Positions 62,880-64,000 of a DNA stretch of 64,000 bases are shown here, piece after piece (the stretch's first letter is position 1; every line of letters starts with the position of its first letter). Position numbers and translations under genes: made by a program. A model generated the notes under the pieces. That model worked only from the letters and a program-made list of their open reading frames with translations. It was not told the origin of the DNA and did not search any database. The DNA lies in the NCBI GenBank assembly GCA_965220645.1, contig OZ244836.1, positions 1,295,521 through 1,359,520 on the forward strand. The letters run 5' to 3'. This stretch comes from Candidatus Aldehydirespirator sp. (lineage in GTDB: Bacteria > Actinomycetota > Acidimicrobiia > Acidimicrobiales > Aldehydirespiratoraceae).

Positions 62880-64000
62880 TGGCCTCCAGCGTGCCCGCGG
62901 ACTACGCCGAGACGATGCGCGGCATCCGCACCTTCGCGCAGGTCTTCCAGTACTTGGTGGACGTCCAGGGCTGGCCCCTGGAACTGCCTGATCTGGAAGA
63001 CGACGATCTCACTGCCGTCACCTACGACTGGGATCCGGCCGAGTTGGGCATACCTGCGGAGCGCCTCAAGGACTTCAAGCGGCTGCAGCAGATGCGTCCC
63101 CTGACCGTGAACCAGCCCTGGGGCGTGTTCTTTCTGGAGTTCAGCGGGCCGAGGCTGCGGTACACGCCGATCCGCCGCCTGCTACGGGCTCTGGTCACCA
63201 AGAAGCGGACTGCTGCGGACGCCAGCAGACCGACTTGGGCGCTCGACGACCTGCTGTTCGTGGTGATCACCGGAACCGGCGACGAGGTTGAGATACACCT
63301 GCTGGCCTTCCACGGCAGCGATCCGCAAACGGCGGAGTTCCGGTCGCTGGCGTGGCGGCCGGCGCATGCCCCGCCGCGTCATCTCAAGCGGCTCAGCGAG
63401 GAACTACTGCCCAATCTGGTCTGGCCCGCCGACGACAGCGACATCGAGTCGTGGCGTAAAGCCTGGTGGGAGGCGTTCAAGCTGCCGGTCGGCCAGACGA
63501 TCAAGGACTCGACCCGCCTGGCCGACCGCATGGCCCGAACCGCCCGCGACCTGCGCACCCAGATACGCGAAACGCTGGGGGCCGAGAACGGGTCAGGGCC
63601 GTTCTCCTCGCTGATGGAGCAGATCCGTACCCAACTCGTCAGTGATGTCAACGCCGACAGCTTCGCCGACATGTGCGCTCAGACGCTGGTGTACGGGATG
63701 CTCAGCAGCCGGGTGACCAATCCGGAGGACTTCGGGTCGTCGCCGATCTTCTCAACGGTGCCGGTGGCCAACCCGTTCTTGGAGGCGCTCTTCGAGCAGG
63801 TCCACGACGAGGCTGTGTCGCTCGATCTGCCTGGCAGCGACCTGCCTCAGCTCGTCGCCGATCTGCGTGAGACCAACGTCGAGGCCATCCTCGACCAGAT
63901 CGACTCCACCATCAAGGGTGGCGACCCCGTCATCCACTTCTACGAGGAATTCCTCAAGCAGTACGACCGCAAGAGTGCGAGCCGACGCCGGCGCGTTCTA
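62879..64000 (+). CDS. N-terminal part of a large N6-adenine DNA methyltransferase of the type IIG / PglX / DrmMI kind (3'-truncated by the window)
   Basis: ATG 62879 overlaps the helicase stop as TGATG. The frame is open to the window end, so it is absent from the ORF track. Motifs FADMCAQTLVYGMLSSR and DPVIHFYEEFLKQYD are typical of the region preceding the SAM-binding YTP motif. Confidence 0.7.
   Translation, partial: MASSVPADYAETMRGIRTFAQVFQYLVDVQGWPLELPDLEDDDLTAVTYDWDPAELGIPAERLKDFKRLQQMRPLTVNQPWGVFFLEFSGPRLRYTPIRRLLRALVTKKRTAADASRPTWALDDLLFVVITGTGDEVEIHLLAFHGSDPQTAEFRSLAWRPAHAPPRHLKRLSEELLPNLVWPADDSDIESWRKAWWEAFKLPVGQTIKDSTRLADRMARTARDLRTQIRETLGAENGSGPFSSLMEQIRTQLVSDVNADSFADMCAQTLVYGMLSSRVTNPEDFGSSPIFSTVPVANPFLEALFEQVHDEAVSLDLPGSDLPQLVADLRETNVEAILDQIDSTIKGGDPVIHFYEEFLKQYDRKSASRRRRVL

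Overview
GC-rich chromosomal segment that looks Actinomycetota-like: it carries a WhiB-type regulator and a DinB/mycothiol-type enzyme, and many gene junctions overlap as ATGA/GTGA. All product calls come from reading motifs in the supplied translations; no database search was run. Most of the window is core and catabolic metabolism. In order it contains ilvB(partial)-ilvN-ilvC, dps, a repeat-bearing lipoprotein, a thiolase and an aldehyde dehydrogenase. Next come a lower protocatechuate-4,5-cleavage/PDC set (ligJ, ligK, ligI and a PrpF-type isomerase), a family III CoA-transferase, whiB and an LRR+SLH surface protein. There are two paralogous 'Rieske oxygenase + DMGDH-like FAD/GcvT' modules, one of them next to a non-Pyl MttB-family methyltransferase. 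The remainder covers acyl-CoA metabolism genes, plsC, icd, two ABC exporter half-pairs, mdh, an Fpg/Nei glycosylase, a SulP permease and a desaturase. Main second-look items: (1) Two genes have an in-frame TGA exactly at a redox-active Cys position, each followed by a hairpin. One is a Bcp/PrxQ peroxiredoxin (TGA 11164-11166). The other is a UGSC-motif protein (TGA 51990-51992, minus strand) inside a tight three-gene operon of unknown function. Both are candidate selenoproteins. (2) A lower-GC island begins at about 59.04 kb. It holds two tandem paralogous small membrane proteins, a PLD-nuclease/SNF2-helicase fusion and the N-terminus of a PglX/DrmMI-like adenine methyltransferase. This is a candidate DISARM-like or R-M-like defence locus that runs off the window, with a possible frameshift in the last 30 nt. 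(3) A 34-bp x4 tandem amplification covers the ligJ-stop/ligK-start junction. (4) A small low-GC islet carries a retropepsin-like protease (DTGA motif) with no in-frame canonical start. (5) Several intergenic repeat and hairpin elements are noted. No rRNA, tRNA or CRISPR array was recognised. Many long ORFs in the track are antisense shadow ORFs typical of GC-rich DNA and were rejected.
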